DNA of 64,000 nt from an uncultured Patescibacteria group bacterium (GTDB lineage Bacteria; Patescibacteriota; Patescibacteriia; UBA2591; CALHIP01): positions 2,297-66,296 of the forward strand of contig CALHIP010000008.1 of the NCBI GenBank assembly GCA_938030745.1, written 5' to 3'. Shown piece by piece: positions 1 through 9,396 of the stretch. Each line of letters opens with the position of its first letter. Position 1 is the first letter of the stretch. The position numbers and the translations under genes are program-made. The notes below the pieces were generated by a model. It made no database searches and was not told the origin of the DNA. It was given only the letters and a program-made list of their open reading frames with translations.

Positions 1-63
1 TCAAAAAGAACTTCCTTTATACGAAAAATTTCATCATTTAGAAATTAATTTTCCTTCTCAAGA

Positions 64-531
64 ATGATTCCAGAGATTCAAACTATTATTTTAGCAATGG
101 TTCCAATTAATGAATTAAGAGGAACCATTCCATTGGCTATCTCAGTTTTTCACTTAGAACCTTCAAAAGCATTCTTTTTTTCGGTAATAGGAAATATTTT
201 ACCAATTTTTTTTCTTCTCTGGTTTTTGCCAAAATTTTCCGGTTTTCTTATTCAAAAATATAAATTCTTTAATATTTTTTTCTCTTGGCTTTTTTCAAGA
301 ACAAGAGATAGATTTTATAAAAAATATCAAAAATTTGGTGATTTTGCTTTAATCCTTTTTGTTGCTCTTCCTTTACCATTTACTGGTGCCTGGACAGGAG
401 CAGTAGCCAGTTTCCTTTTTGGTATTCCTTATTGGAAAGGATTGATCTTAATTTCTTTTGGAGTTATTATTGCTGGAATTATTGTTACTTTATTAAGTAC
501 TGGATTTTTTTCATTAATTGGTTTATTATAA
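64..531 (+). CDS. small integral membrane protein, resembles the putative small multidrug export (Sm_multidrug_ex) family
   Basis: 155 aa with ATG at 64; about 4 hydrophobic helices; ELRG-type motif near the N-terminus typical of that family; family assignment from memory only. Confidence 0.4.
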   Translation: MIPEIQTIILAMVPINELRGTIPLAISVFHLEPSKAFFFSVIGNILPIFFLLWFLPKFSGFLIQKYKFFNIFFSWLFSRTRDRFYKKYQKFGDFALILFVALPLPFTGAWTGAVASFLFGIPYWKGLILISFGVIIAGIIVTLLSTGFFSLIGLL

Positions 532-536
532 ATTAT

Positions 537-1316
537 ATGAAGAAAAAAATTGTTATTGCCAATTGGAAAATGAATTTAAACTTGAAAGAAACAAAGGATT
601 TAACTAAAAAAATCATTCAGGATTTAAAGAAAATAAAAAAGCTTAAGAACCTTGAAATAGTTCTTTGTCCATCTTTCCCAGCTATTTTTGCTGTAAAAAA
701 TTTGATTTCTCAAGCGAGAAAGTTACCAGTTTATCTTGGCGCACAAAATGTTTTTTGGGAAGAAAAAGGTGCTTATACTGGTGAGGTCTCAGTTCCTATT
801 TTAAAAGAACTAGGAGTTAAATTTATTATTTTAGGTCATTCAGAAAGAAGGGAATATCTTAAAGAAGATAATGAGATGATTCATAAAAAGACAAGAATTG
901 TTTTAGCTCATCATCTTATTCCTATCCTTTGTGTTGGCGAAACATTTGAAGAAAGATTAGCTGGCCAAAAAGATGTTATAATTATAAAACAAGTTTCTCG
1001 AGCTTTGGAAGGAATCGCTTTAGACAAGAAAGACAAATTAATTATTGCCTATGAACCTGTTTGGGTTATTGGTTCTGGTCAGGCAGTTAAACCAGATGAT
1101 GCTAAAGAAGCTAATTTAATAATAAAACAAAGATTATTCGATCTTTTTCCTGTCGATTTTGTTGAAAACAATATTAGACTAATTTACGGTGGAAGTGTTG
1201 ATAAAACTATTATTAAAGATTTTATTGAAAAAGATATTGATGGATTTCTAATTGGCGGATCAAGTTTAGAACCTGAAGAGTTTATTGAAATAATAAAAAT
1301 CCTTTCAGTTTCTTAA
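537..1316 (+). CDS. tpiA: triosephosphate isomerase
   Basis: ORF 432..1316; true start likely the ATG at 537 (MKKKIVIANWKMN). TIM signatures present: NWKMN, GHSERR, AYEPVWVIGSG. Confidence 0.9.
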   Translation: MKKKIVIANWKMNLNLKETKDLTKKIIQDLKKIKKLKNLEIVLCPSFPAIFAVKNLISQARKLPVYLGAQNVFWEEKGAYTGEVSVPILKELGVKFIILGHSERREYLKEDNEMIHKKTRIVLAHHLIPILCVGETFEERLAGQKDVIIIKQVSRALEGIALDKKDKLIIAYEPVWVIGSGQAVKPDDAKEANLIIKQRLFDLFPVDFVENNIRLIYGGSVDKTIIKDFIEKDIDGFLIGGSSLEPEEFIEIIKILSVS

Positions 1317-1322
1317 ATCTAT

Positions 1323-2192
1323 ATGTTAGTTCATTTAAAAGGAATTTTAGAGAAAGCAATTAAAGAGAATTATGCTCTTGGTTGTTTTGCTACCCATAAT
1401 TTAGAGACCACTCTTGGTATTCTTTTAGCTGCTCAAGCAAAGTCATCCCCAGTTATTATTGGTGTTAGCGCTAGATCTATTCGTTATGCTGGTTTAAAAC
1501 CAATCACTCATATTGTTAAAACAGCAGCTAAAAACATAACTCCTTTAATACCAGTTGTTTTACACCTTGATCACGGTGATACTTTTCATTCAGCAGTTGA
1601 ATGTATTCAGAGTGGTTTTTCTTCAATTATGATTGACGCTTCAGAATTACCTTTTGACGAAAATGTTAGTTTAACAAAGAGTGTTGTTGAATATGCCCAC
1701 CGCTTTAATGTTATGGTTGAAGGAGAAATAGGTAGGGTTCCTAAGACAAAAGAAGATATTAAAAGATTTAAATTAAAACCAGAAGAATTCCTAACTGATC
1801 CAGATATGGCGATTGAATTTGTTAAAAAAACAGGTGTTGACCGATTAGCAGTTAGTATAGGTAATATTCATGGGATATATAAAATAAAAAATCCGGTAAA
1901 ACTTGACTTTTTAAGATTAGAAAAAATTGCTCGAGCAGTAAAAATTCCATTGGTTCTTCATGGTGCTTCTGGACTGGAAAAAAAAGAAATAAAAAAAGCA
2001 ATTTCTTCAGGAGTAAGAATTATTAATATCCATACTGAAATTAATCTTGCCTTTTCACAATCTCTAAAGAAAACGTTGGCCAAAAATAAAGAAGAAATTG
2101 ATCCAAGAAAAATTCTTTCTCCTTCAATTGAAGCAGTAAAGAGAGTTGTTGAGAAAAAAATAGAAATTTTTGGTAGTATTGGTAAGGCTTAA
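1323..2192 (+). CDS. fba: class II fructose-bisphosphate aldolase
   Basis: 289 aa; N-terminus and LHLDHG metal-binding motif of class II aldolases; follows tpiA by 7 nt. Confidence 0.8.
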   Translation: MLVHLKGILEKAIKENYALGCFATHNLETTLGILLAAQAKSSPVIIGVSARSIRYAGLKPITHIVKTAAKNITPLIPVVLHLDHGDTFHSAVECIQSGFSSIMIDASELPFDENVSLTKSVVEYAHRFNVMVEGEIGRVPKTKEDIKRFKLKPEEFLTDPDMAIEFVKKTGVDRLAVSIGNIHGIYKIKNPVKLDFLRLEKIARAVKIPLVLHGASGLEKKEIKKAISSGVRIINIHTEINLAFSQSLKKTLAKNKEEIDPRKILSPSIEAVKRVVEKKIEIFGSIGKA

Positions 2193-2199
2193 TCGTTGA

Positions 2200-3054
2200 T
2201 TGAATTTATCTAAATTATTTATGTTTGATATTTTTTTAATTTTAATTATTTTTGTCTCTATTTTTTTAATTATAAAAATTTTAGTGAATAAATTCCCATT
2301 TCTTGTTAAAATAAATATTGATGAAATAGCTAAAGAAAAAGAAAAAAAACTCAAATTTAAAATTTTAGAAAAAAAGTTTAGAGAAAAATTAAAAAAACTT
2401 AATCTTGAAAATTTAGCCTATAAGATTTTTGGAGAAAAATTTAAAAAGATAAAAGAAAGAATTTCTCTTTTAGAGGAAAAATATTTTAAAAAATATATTG
2501 AAATTATTAAAAAGAAACCTTTAGAAGCAGATAAAAAAATAAAAATTTCTCTCAAACAAGGGGAAAAATTTTTAGAAAAAAAAGATTTTGATCAGGCAGA
2601 AAAAAAATTTAAAGAAGTTATCTATCTTGACCCAAGAAATTTGTTTGCCTTAAAAAATTTACTAGAGATTTATCTTTATCGAAAAGATTTTCTTCGAGCA
2701 AAGGAAATTTCTAAATATATTTTAGAACTTAATAAACAGGCAATAAAATGGTGGCAAAAATTTAGAAAAGATGAGAAAATACCTTCAGAACTGATTAATG
2801 AGATCACTCTTAGTTTGATAAATTTAGGGAATCTTTATCAAGAAATAAAAGAATTTAATAAAGCTTTCAATTGTTTCAAAAAGGCTTTTAAATTTATTCC
2901 GAATAACCCCTTAATTCTTGACTTCTTGATAGAAAATTCTATAATTTTAAAGAAAAAAGAAGAAGCTGAAAAATATTTAAAGAAAATAAAGGAAATTAAT
3001 CCGGAAAATCAAAAAATTAGTGAATGGGAAAAAAGAATTGCTTCTTTAAATTAA
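2200..3054 (+). CDS. lysine-rich hypothetical protein with N-terminal TM helix and TPR-like helical repeats
   Basis: 284 aa ORF; hydrophobic N-terminus; repeated LxxA/Y..G helical hairpin pattern (YLDPRNLFALKNLLEIY, LGNLYQEIKEFNKAFNCFKKA). Confidence 0.45.
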   Translation: MNLSKLFMFDIFLILIIFVSIFLIIKILVNKFPFLVKINIDEIAKEKEKKLKFKILEKKFREKLKKLNLENLAYKIFGEKFKKIKERISLLEEKYFKKYIEIIKKKPLEADKKIKISLKQGEKFLEKKDFDQAEKKFKEVIYLDPRNLFALKNLLEIYLYRKDFLRAKEISKYILELNKQAIKWWQKFRKDEKIPSELINEITLSLINLGNLYQEIKEFNKAFNCFKKAFKFIPNNPLILDFLIENSIILKKKEEAEKYLKKIKEINPENQKISEWEKRIASLN

Positions 3055-3059
3055 AGTAG

Positions 3060-3132
3060 GCCGAGATAGCTCAGTAGGTAGAGCGCGAACGTGGTAAGTT
3101 CGAGGTCGCGAGTTCGATTCTCGCTCTCGGCT
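3060..3132 (+). tRNA. tRNA-Thr (anticodon GGT)
   Basis: Cloverleaf folded by hand: acceptor GCCGAGA/TCTCGGC, anticodon stem CGAAC/GTTCG, loop GTGGTAA, T-loop TTCGATT. Confidence 0.75.
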
Positions 3133-3133
3133 T

Positions 3134-3218
3134 GGGCAGGTGGCAGAGCGGACAATTGCACGAGTCTGTAAAACTCGCGCCCTTTAGGGCTACGTAGGTT
3201 CGAATCCTACCCTGCCCA
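3134..3218 (+). tRNA. tRNA-Tyr (anticodon GTA), type II with long variable arm
   Basis: Acceptor GGGCAGG/CCTGCCC, anticodon stem CGAGT/ACTCG, loop CTGTAAA, long variable arm, T-loop TTCGAAT; 85 nt. Confidence 0.8.
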
Positions 3219-3222
3219 ATAA

Positions 3223-3294
3223 GCCAGCGTAGCTCAATGGTAGAGCAGTTGCTTTGTAAGCATCAGGTTGTCGGTTCAAGTCCGACCGCTGGCT
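3223..3294 (+). tRNA. tRNA-Thr (anticodon TGT)
   Basis: Acceptor GCCAGCG/CGCTGGC, D-arm GCTC..GAGC, anticodon loop TTTGTAA (one U-U mismatch in the anticodon stem), T-loop TTCAAGT. Confidence 0.7.
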
Positions 3295-3298
3295 TAAA

Positions 3299-3458
3299 TA
3301 TGAGAATAAAAGAAAACTTAGTCAAATTAGAATGCAGTCAATGTCATCGAATAAATTATTATACGAGAAAAAATAAAAAGAAAATTAAAATACTTTTAGA
3401 ATTAAAAAAATTTTGTAAACATTGCCGAAAACATACCTTGCATAAAGAGATAAAATAA
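3299..3458 (+). CDS. rpmG: 50S ribosomal protein L33
   Basis: Internal ATG of ORF 3237..3458 gives MRIKENLVKLECSQCHRINYYTRKNKKKIKILLELKKFCKHCRKHTLHKEIK (53 aa), with the two CxxC pairs and C-terminal HTLH.E.K typical of L33. The upstream part of the listed ORF is just the tRNA-Thr sequence. Confidence 0.75.
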
Positions 3459-3464
3459 TGAATT

Positions 3465-3535
3465 GGGGCTATAGTTCAATAGTAGAATAACGGTCTCCAA
3501 AACCGTTGATCTCCGTGCAAATCGGAGTAGCCCCG
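3465..3535 (+). tRNA. tRNA-Trp (anticodon CCA)
   Basis: Acceptor GGGGCTA/TAGCCCC, anticodon stem ACGGT/ACCGT, loop CTCCAAA, T-arm CTCCG-TGCAAAT-CGGAG. rpmG followed by tRNA-Trp is the classic arrangement upstream of secE-nusG. Confidence 0.75.
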
Positions 3536-3554
3536 TTCAAACAAAATTTAATTT

Positions 3555-4064
3555 ATGGCTATTTTTCCTTTCAAAAAAGAGGAAAGAGAGGAAATTCCTG
3601 AAAAAATTGAGAAAAAAGAAATACCTGAAACAGTGGAGATAAAACGGGAAATTGAGAAAGAAAAAGAAGTAAAAATTGAAGAAATTGGTGAAACACCAAC
3701 TACCTTACCACCAATTAGTATTCCAACTCCTGTTGAAGAAAAAATTGCTCCACCAAAAATAGAAAAATCACCAACATTAATTGAAATTGAACAAATTCTT
3801 TCAGAGGATTTAGATGAAATTTATCAATCACTCACACCTGAACAAAAATTAATTTTTAGGAAAAAGGGTGAAGAAACTGCTTCTAAAATTGAAGTCCTTA
3901 TTCAGCAAATAAAAATAAATATTAAAAAAATTTTTATTTTAATTCGTGACTGGTTATTAATTCTAGTAAAAATGATTCCTGGAGTAAATAAATTATTTTT
4001 AATTAAAGAAGCGAAAATAAAAACTGATAAAGTTCTAAATTTAGCTAAAAAGATAAGAAAATAA
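3555..4064 (+). CDS. hypothetical Glu/Lys/Pro-rich protein with C-terminal hydrophobic segment
   Basis: 169 aa; low-complexity EK-rich N-terminus, PPxxxP stretch, hydrophobic C-terminal helix; 8 nt upstream of the next gene. Confidence 0.35.
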   Translation: MAIFPFKKEEREEIPEKIEKKEIPETVEIKREIEKEKEVKIEEIGETPTTLPPISIPTPVEEKIAPPKIEKSPTLIEIEQILSEDLDEIYQSLTPEQKLIFRKKGEETASKIEVLIQQIKINIKKIFILIRDWLLILVKMIPGVNKLFLIKEAKIKTDKVLNLAKKIRK

Positions 4065-4071
4065 TAATTGT

Positions 4072-6609
4072 ATGACATCAGAACTCTATCAAATTACAAG
4101 TAAACTTATTTTTGGCAAGACACTTCTTTATACTGGTCTTATTCTCCTTATTTTTATTATTTTATTTTCTATACTTAAAAAGATTTTGAAAAAAATTACA
4201 GATTTTAAACAAGCTTTTGAAAAAGTTATCTTTCTTGTCACTTTACCAAAAGAGGCTTTAGAAGAAGAGAAAGAAAAAAAAGAAATAAAAGACTTATTGG
4301 CACCGGCTGAAACTTTTCTAGATAACTTGGGAGGTCTAAAAGTTGAGAGGTCTTTAAAAACCTTTCTTTTTGGCAGAAAAGATCATTTCTCTTTTGAAAT
4401 AGTTAGGTCTCAAGACGGTCTAATTTCTTTTTATGTTGTTGTTCCTCAATACCTTGCTTCTTTTACTGAACAACAAATTCATGCTCAATTTCCTTCAGCT
4501 CAAGTTGAAATTGTTTCCGATTATAATATTTTCTCTCCAAAAAATGTTGTTTTATCTGCTTATGCTTCTTTAAAAAAGATTCATATTTTACCAATTAAAA
4601 CCTATCTTAATCTTAATGTTGATCCTTTAAATGCAATTACAAATCCTTTAACGAAAATTGCCGAAGATGATGGAGCGGTGATTCAAATTATTGCTCGTTC
4701 AGCAAAAAAAGAATGGCATCACTTTCCAGCTAAAGTTGCTTATCATATGCAGCAAGGAAAAAGTTTTTCTGAAGCAATTTCAGAGGCTAAATTTAATCTT
4801 CTAAGAGAAATATCAAAAATTTTTTCTGAAGCTTTCAAAAGTGAGAAGAAAAAGAAAGAAAGAGAAGAAGAGAAAAAACAAAGACAACTTTCGCCAATGG
4901 AGCAAGAGATGGTCAAAAGTATTGAAAGTAAAAATTCAAAAGCAGGACTTGATGTCAATATCAGAATTATCGTTTCAGCTAAAACAAAAGAAATGGCAAA
5001 AACATATTTAGAAAATATTACCAATTCTTTTGCTCAATATACTCTTTATCATTATGGCAATGGTTTTAATTTTAGTATTACTTCCTCAGAAAAAATAGTT
5101 AATGATTTCATTTATCGAAGTTTTGACGAAGAGACGAGTTTTATTTTAAATACTGAAGAATTAACCAGCATTTTCCATTTCCCTTTACCAATTACTGAAA
5201 CACCAAATATTAGATGGTTAATTGCTCGAAAAGCGCCAGCGCCAGTTGAAGTGCCAAAAGAAGGAATAATTTTAGGTAAAAACATTTATCGTGGAGAAGA
5301 AACTTTAATTAGAATAAAAAGAGATGATCGTCGAAGACACGTCTATATTATTGGTAAAACTGGTACTGGTAAGACAGTTCTGATTTCAAATATGGTTAAG
5401 CAAGATATTTTAAATGGCGAAGGTGTTGGTGTTATTGATCCACATGGTGATTTAATCGAAGATATTTTATCTTGTATTCCAAAAGAAAGAGTTGAAGATG
5501 TTATTTTATTTGATGCTTCAGATACAGAAAGGCCAATTGGTTTAAATATGCTTGAAGCAAAAACAGAAGCACAAAAAGATTTTGCTGTCCAGGAAATGAT
5601 TGCTATATTTTATAAACTTTTTCCACCAGAAATTATTGGCCCAATGTTTGAGCATAATATGAGAAACGTGATGTTAACTTTAATGGCTGATATAAAAAAT
5701 CCTGGTACAATTGCTGAGATTCCAAGAATGTTTTCTGATCCCGATTATGCCAAGGTTTGGGTAGAAAAATTAAAAGATCCGGTTGTAAGGGCTTTTTGGG
5801 AAAAAGAAATGGCGAGGACAACCGAATTTCATAAATCAGAGATGCTTGGTTATCTCATTTCTAAGGTTGGCCGGTTTGTTGAAAATGAACTGATGAGAAA
5901 TATTATTGGTCAAGCCCACTCAGGTATTGATTTCCGTGAAGTAATGGATAAGCAAAAAATTTTATTAGTTAACCTTTCTAAAGGAAAAATTGGTGAAGTC
6001 AATGCTAACCTATTAGGTTTGGTCATTGTTTCAAAATTACAGATGGCAGCAATGGCGAGAGCTGATTTGCCAGAAGCAGAGAGAAAAGATTTTTATCTTT
6101 ATATTGATGAATTTCAAAACTTTATTACTGATTCAATTGCTACTATTTTATCAGAAGCAAGAAAATATCGGTTATGTTTAACCCTTGCTCATCAATACTT
6201 AGGTCAATTACTAGTTTCCTCTTCAGTGATTGGTGGCGGAGGAGGTGAAGCAAGAATTAGAGATGCTGTTTTAGGAACAGTTGGTACTTTTATTACTTTT
6301 AAAATTGGTATTGAAGATGCCGAAATTTTAGCTAAAGAATATAAGCCAGTTTTCAATGAATATGATTTAGTTAATGTTGAAAAATTTAATGCTTACGTCA
6401 AACTTTTAGTTGATAATCAACCAATTCGGCCATTCAGTATGGTTACCCTTCCACCAAAACCAGGTGATCGAAAAATAGCTGAAATGGTTCGCCAACTTTC
6501 CCGCTTAAAATATGGTCGACCAAAAGCACTTGTTGAGAAAGAAATTTTAGAAAGATCACAATTAGGTATGCCAGCAAGACAGAATATTGGTTTAGAGAAA
6601 AATCTTTAA
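4072..6609 (+). CDS. membrane-anchored type IV secretion coupling protein-like ATPase (TrwB/TraD/VirD4 AAD-bind family)
   Basis: 845 aa; N-terminal TM helix; Walker A IGKTGTGKT followed by VIDPHGDL (the DPxGD motif of coupling proteins); Walker B-like LYIDEFQNF about 270 aa downstream. Confidence 0.55.
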   Translation: MTSELYQITSKLIFGKTLLYTGLILLIFIILFSILKKILKKITDFKQAFEKVIFLVTLPKEALEEEKEKKEIKDLLAPAETFLDNLGGLKVERSLKTFLFGRKDHFSFEIVRSQDGLISFYVVVPQYLASFTEQQIHAQFPSAQVEIVSDYNIFSPKNVVLSAYASLKKIHILPIKTYLNLNVDPLNAITNPLTKIAEDDGAVIQIIARSAKKEWHHFPAKVAYHMQQGKSFSEAISEAKFNLLREISKIFSEAFKSEKKKKEREEEKKQRQLSPMEQEMVKSIESKNSKAGLDVNIRIIVSAKTKEMAKTYLENITNSFAQYTLYHYGNGFNFSITSSEKIVNDFIYRSFDEETSFILNTEELTSIFHFPLPITETPNIRWLIARKAPAPVEVPKEGIILGKNIYRGEETLIRIKRDDRRRHVYIIGKTGTGKTVLISNMVKQDILNGEGVGVIDPHGDLIEDILSCIPKERVEDVILFDASDTERPIGLNMLEAKTEAQKDFAVQEMIAIFYKLFPPEIIGPMFEHNMRNVMLTLMADIKNPGTIAEIPRMFSDPDYAKVWVEKLKDPVVRAFWEKEMARTTEFHKSEMLGYLISKVGRFVENELMRNIIGQAHSGIDFREVMDKQKILLVNLSKGKIGEVNANLLGLVIVSKLQMAAMARADLPEAERKDFYLYIDEFQNFITDSIATILSEARKYRLCLTLAHQYLGQLLVSSSVIGGGGGEARIRDAVLGTVGTFITFKIGIEDAEILAKEYKPVFNEYDLVNVEKFNAYVKLLVDNQPIRPFSMVTLPPKPGDRKIAEMVRQLSRLKYGRPKALVEKEILERSQLGMPARQNIGLEKNL

Positions 6610-6630
6610 TCAAATAAAAAATTTTAATCT

Positions 6631-7707
6631 ATGTTAACTCTTTATCGTAAATATCGTCCTCAAACATTTGCTGAAGTTATTGGGCAACAACATATTAAAA
6701 AAACATTAGAAAATGAAATCAAAACAGGCAAAATATCCCATGCCTATTTATTTTCAGGACCTCGTGGTTTAGGTAAAACAACCTTAGCAAGAATTTTTGC
6801 TAAAGCTGTTAATTGTGAAAAAAGAAAAATTGGTCAATCCGAACCTTGTAATGAGTGTTTTTCTTGTCGGGAAATTATGGCTGGTAAATCATTAGATTTA
6901 ATTGAAATTGATGCTGCTTCTAATCGAGGTATTAATGAAATTAAAGAACTTCGTGAAAGTGTAAGATTCCCTCCTTCAAGAGGAAAATATAAAGTTTTTA
7001 TCATTGACGAATCTCATCAGATAACAAGTGATGCTTTTAATGCTCTTTTAAAAACTTTGGAAGAACCACCAGAGCATGCTATTTTTATTTTAGTCACAAC
7101 TGAACTCCATAAAGTTCCTTTTACTATTGCTTCACGTTGTCAAAAATTTAATTTTAGGAAGGTTCAATTTGAAGAAATTTTAAATAGATTAAAAAAGATT
7201 GTTGAACTTGAAGGGTTAAAAGTTGATGAAGAAGTTTTAAAAAATATCGCCCGTCAATCTCAAGGTTTTGTTCGTGATGCAGAAAGTTTACTTGCCCAAG
7301 TTCTTTCTCTTAATGATAAAGAAATTACTTTAGAAGAAGCGAAAATTATTTTACCTCTCTCAGATTCTGAAAAAATAAATGAGTTTTTAAAATATCTATT
7401 AGAAAAAAATTCTTCAAAAGCAATTAAATTAATCAATCAATGTCTTGAGGAAGGAATAGATTTAAAACAATTTAATTCAGATCTAATTGAGTTTTTAAGA
7501 AAATTAATTTTATTTAAAATTGGTTCGCCATTAGAAAATGATTCTTTTTCATCAGACAAAATAATTTTATCTTTAGTTAAAGAAATAAAAATTAACGATT
7601 TAATAAAAATTATTGAAGAGTTTATTAAAATCAAAACTTCTTTAGAATATTCAGAAATTCCGCAACTTCCCTTTGAATTAGCTATTATTAAAATATGTCA
7701 TTTATAA
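6631..7707 (+). CDS. dnaX: DNA polymerase III subunit gamma/tau (short form)
   Basis: YRPQTFAEVIGQ, GPRGLGKTT Walker A, zinc module CNECFSC, IIDESHQ; only 358 aa (domains I-III). Confidence 0.85.
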   Translation: MLTLYRKYRPQTFAEVIGQQHIKKTLENEIKTGKISHAYLFSGPRGLGKTTLARIFAKAVNCEKRKIGQSEPCNECFSCREIMAGKSLDLIEIDAASNRGINEIKELRESVRFPPSRGKYKVFIIDESHQITSDAFNALLKTLEEPPEHAIFILVTTELHKVPFTIASRCQKFNFRKVQFEEILNRLKKIVELEGLKVDEEVLKNIARQSQGFVRDAESLLAQVLSLNDKEITLEEAKIILPLSDSEKINEFLKYLLEKNSSKAIKLINQCLEEGIDLKQFNSDLIEFLRKLILFKIGSPLENDSFSSDKIILSLVKEIKINDLIKIIEEFIKIKTSLEYSEIPQLPFELAIIKICHL

Positions 7708-8495
7708 ATTCGATCTTAATTTGGTTAACTAAATTTTTTGAAAAAATCCTTCCACCAACATATGGTATTTATGAAAAAGGTTCATTTCCTACCCATAGAA
7801 AACTTACTTTAAATCAAGCCAAAAGCCTAATTCTTTTAGGTGGTAAAAAAGAAAGATGGGAAAAAGAGACAGAATTTACTTACTCTTTTTTAAAAATTAA
7901 TTTTTTAGAGAAAAATAAAGAAAAAGAAATCTTTATTGCTGATTATGGTTGTGGTATTGGCCGTCTCATTTTGCCGATTCTAAAAGATTATCCTCAGACA
8001 AAAATTGTTGGTGTTGATGAATCAGAATCAATGATTGAATTAGCAAGAAAGTGGATACCAAAGATTTTTTTCGATGAAAAAAGAGTTGAACTTTTAAAAC
8101 CTAATCAATTTTTTGAGAAATACCAAAAAAAAGTTTTTGATTTAATTATGGCTATTTACGTTTTTCAACATATTTTTTTAAAAGAATTGCGGAAAATTTT
8201 ACCAGCTATTTATCAATTACTTAAAGATGATGGAAAATTGTTCATTGTTAATACTTTCCAAAATGATGATCCATTAAAAAGAGTAGTAACTATTAAAGAT
8301 CTTTTAAAACCATATTTTGAAAAAGAGATTGAGATTAGTCCATTTGAAAACAAAAAAGATTATATTTTCTGGATGGGTGTTATTGGTGCTGGTTACGGTG
8401 ATTGGCAAAAAATGGAAAAAGCTAAACTAAGATGTCAAAAATTTATGGGAATATACCGAAAAAAGATAAATAATGCGGGGTGGAGCAATTGGTAG
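7695..8495 (+). CDS. class I SAM-dependent methyltransferase
   Basis: DYGCGIGRL glycine-rich SAM motif I and a motif-II-like DLIMAIYVFQH; the 3' end overlaps tRNA-Gln. Confidence 0.55.
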   Translation: MSFINSILIWLTKFFEKILPPTYGIYEKGSFPTHRKLTLNQAKSLILLGGKKERWEKETEFTYSFLKINFLEKNKEKEIFIADYGCGIGRLILPILKDYPQTKIVGVDESESMIELARKWIPKIFFDEKRVELLKPNQFFEKYQKKVFDLIMAIYVFQHIFLKELRKILPAIYQLLKDDGKLFIVNTFQNDDPLKRVVTIKDLLKPYFEKEIEISPFENKKDYIFWMGVIGAGYGDWQKMEKAKLRCQKFMGIYRKKINNAGWSNW

Positions 8496-8546
8496 TCTCG
8501 TCGGGCTCTGGACCCGAAGATGAAGGTTCGAGTCCTTCCCCCGCAG
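8474..8546 (+). tRNA. tRNA-Gln (anticodon CTG) with U1-A72 first pair
   Basis: Acceptor TGCGGGG/CCCCGCA, anticodon stem TCGGG/CCCGA, loop CTCTGGA, T-arm GAAGG-TTCGAGT-CCTTC, discriminator G. U1-A72 also occurs in E. coli tRNA-Gln. Confidence 0.65.
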
Positions 8547-8629
8547 TAACTTTAGGGACAGTCTCTGCCTGTATAAGTATTTACTGATACAGGTTATATT
8601 TTGATTTGAATCACGAGTTATGTATTTAT

Positions 8630-9385
8630 ATGATTAATATTATTCCTATTAAAACAAAAATCTTAAAAAGGGGAGATTTTGAAAATCTTCTTAAGATTAT
8701 AGGGAAAAAAATTAGAAATAAAGATATTTTAGTTATTACCTCAAAAATAATTTCTTTAGAATATAATGGACTAATTAATTTAAAAAAAATTGTTTTTGGC
8801 CAAAAAGCTTACAAATTAGCAAAAAAATATGGTCTTTTACCTCCTTTCGTCCAATTAGTGATGAAAGAATCAGATAAAATATTAGGGGGTGTAAAAGGGG
8901 CAATTTTAACCCTTAAAAAAGGTGTTTTAATGGCTAATGCCGGTCTGGATAGGTCAAATGTGCCTAAAAATTATGTAATTAGAATTCCTAAAAATTTAGA
9001 AGAAATTGCTGAGAATATCCGTTTAAACCTTTGTTCTAAGCTTGGACTTTTAAAACTAGGTGTTGTTATTAACGATTCAGTTTGTTTACCTTTGCGCCGC
9101 GGAACTCACCATTTTGCTCTTGCTATTTCTGGTTTTTTTGGTATTATTGATGAAAGGGGAAAAAAAGATCTTTTCAATAAAAAAATGATGATTACTACAA
9201 GAAATATTGCCGACGAAATCGCCTCATTAGCTGGTTTAATAATGGGTGAGAGAAAAGAAAAAATTCCAGCTGTTATTATTCGAGGTCTTCCTGTTAAATT
9301 TACAAATTTACCTGCTGGAAAATTAACTAGACAATTAATAATCTCTCGACAAGAGGATCTTTTTAAGAATATTTTAAAAATTTAA
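8630..9385 (+). CDS. CofE-like (F420-0:gamma-glutamyl ligase family) protein
   Basis: ORF 8606..9385; likely start MINIIPIK at 8630; VITSKIIS and ANAGLDRSN motifs resemble the CofE/F420 ligase fold. Confidence 0.5.
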   Translation: MINIIPIKTKILKRGDFENLLKIIGKKIRNKDILVITSKIISLEYNGLINLKKIVFGQKAYKLAKKYGLLPPFVQLVMKESDKILGGVKGAILTLKKGVLMANAGLDRSNVPKNYVIRIPKNLEEIAENIRLNLCSKLGLLKLGVVINDSVCLPLRRGTHHFALAISGFFGIIDERGKKDLFNKKMMITTRNIADEIASLAGLIMGERKEKIPAVIIRGLPVKFTNLPAGKLTRQLIISRQEDLFKNILKI

Positions 9386-9396
9386 TTTTAATATTT

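Noticed and set aside
2124-2354. 76-aa minus-strand ORF overlapping the fba end and the next gene start
   Set aside because: Antisense to two well-supported genes, low-complexity K/N/F-rich, AT-rich noise.
3237-3298. N-terminal extension of the listed ORF 3237..3458 (MVEQLLCKHQVVGSSPTAGLN...)
   Set aside because: This part is the tRNA-Thr(TGT) gene read in frame. Only the portion from the ATG at 3299 (ribosomal protein L33) is a real CDS.
4743-5821. Minus-strand ORFs 4743..5024 and 5633..5821 inside the coupling-ATPase gene
   Set aside because: Antisense to a long conserved CDS with clear motifs. No independent support.
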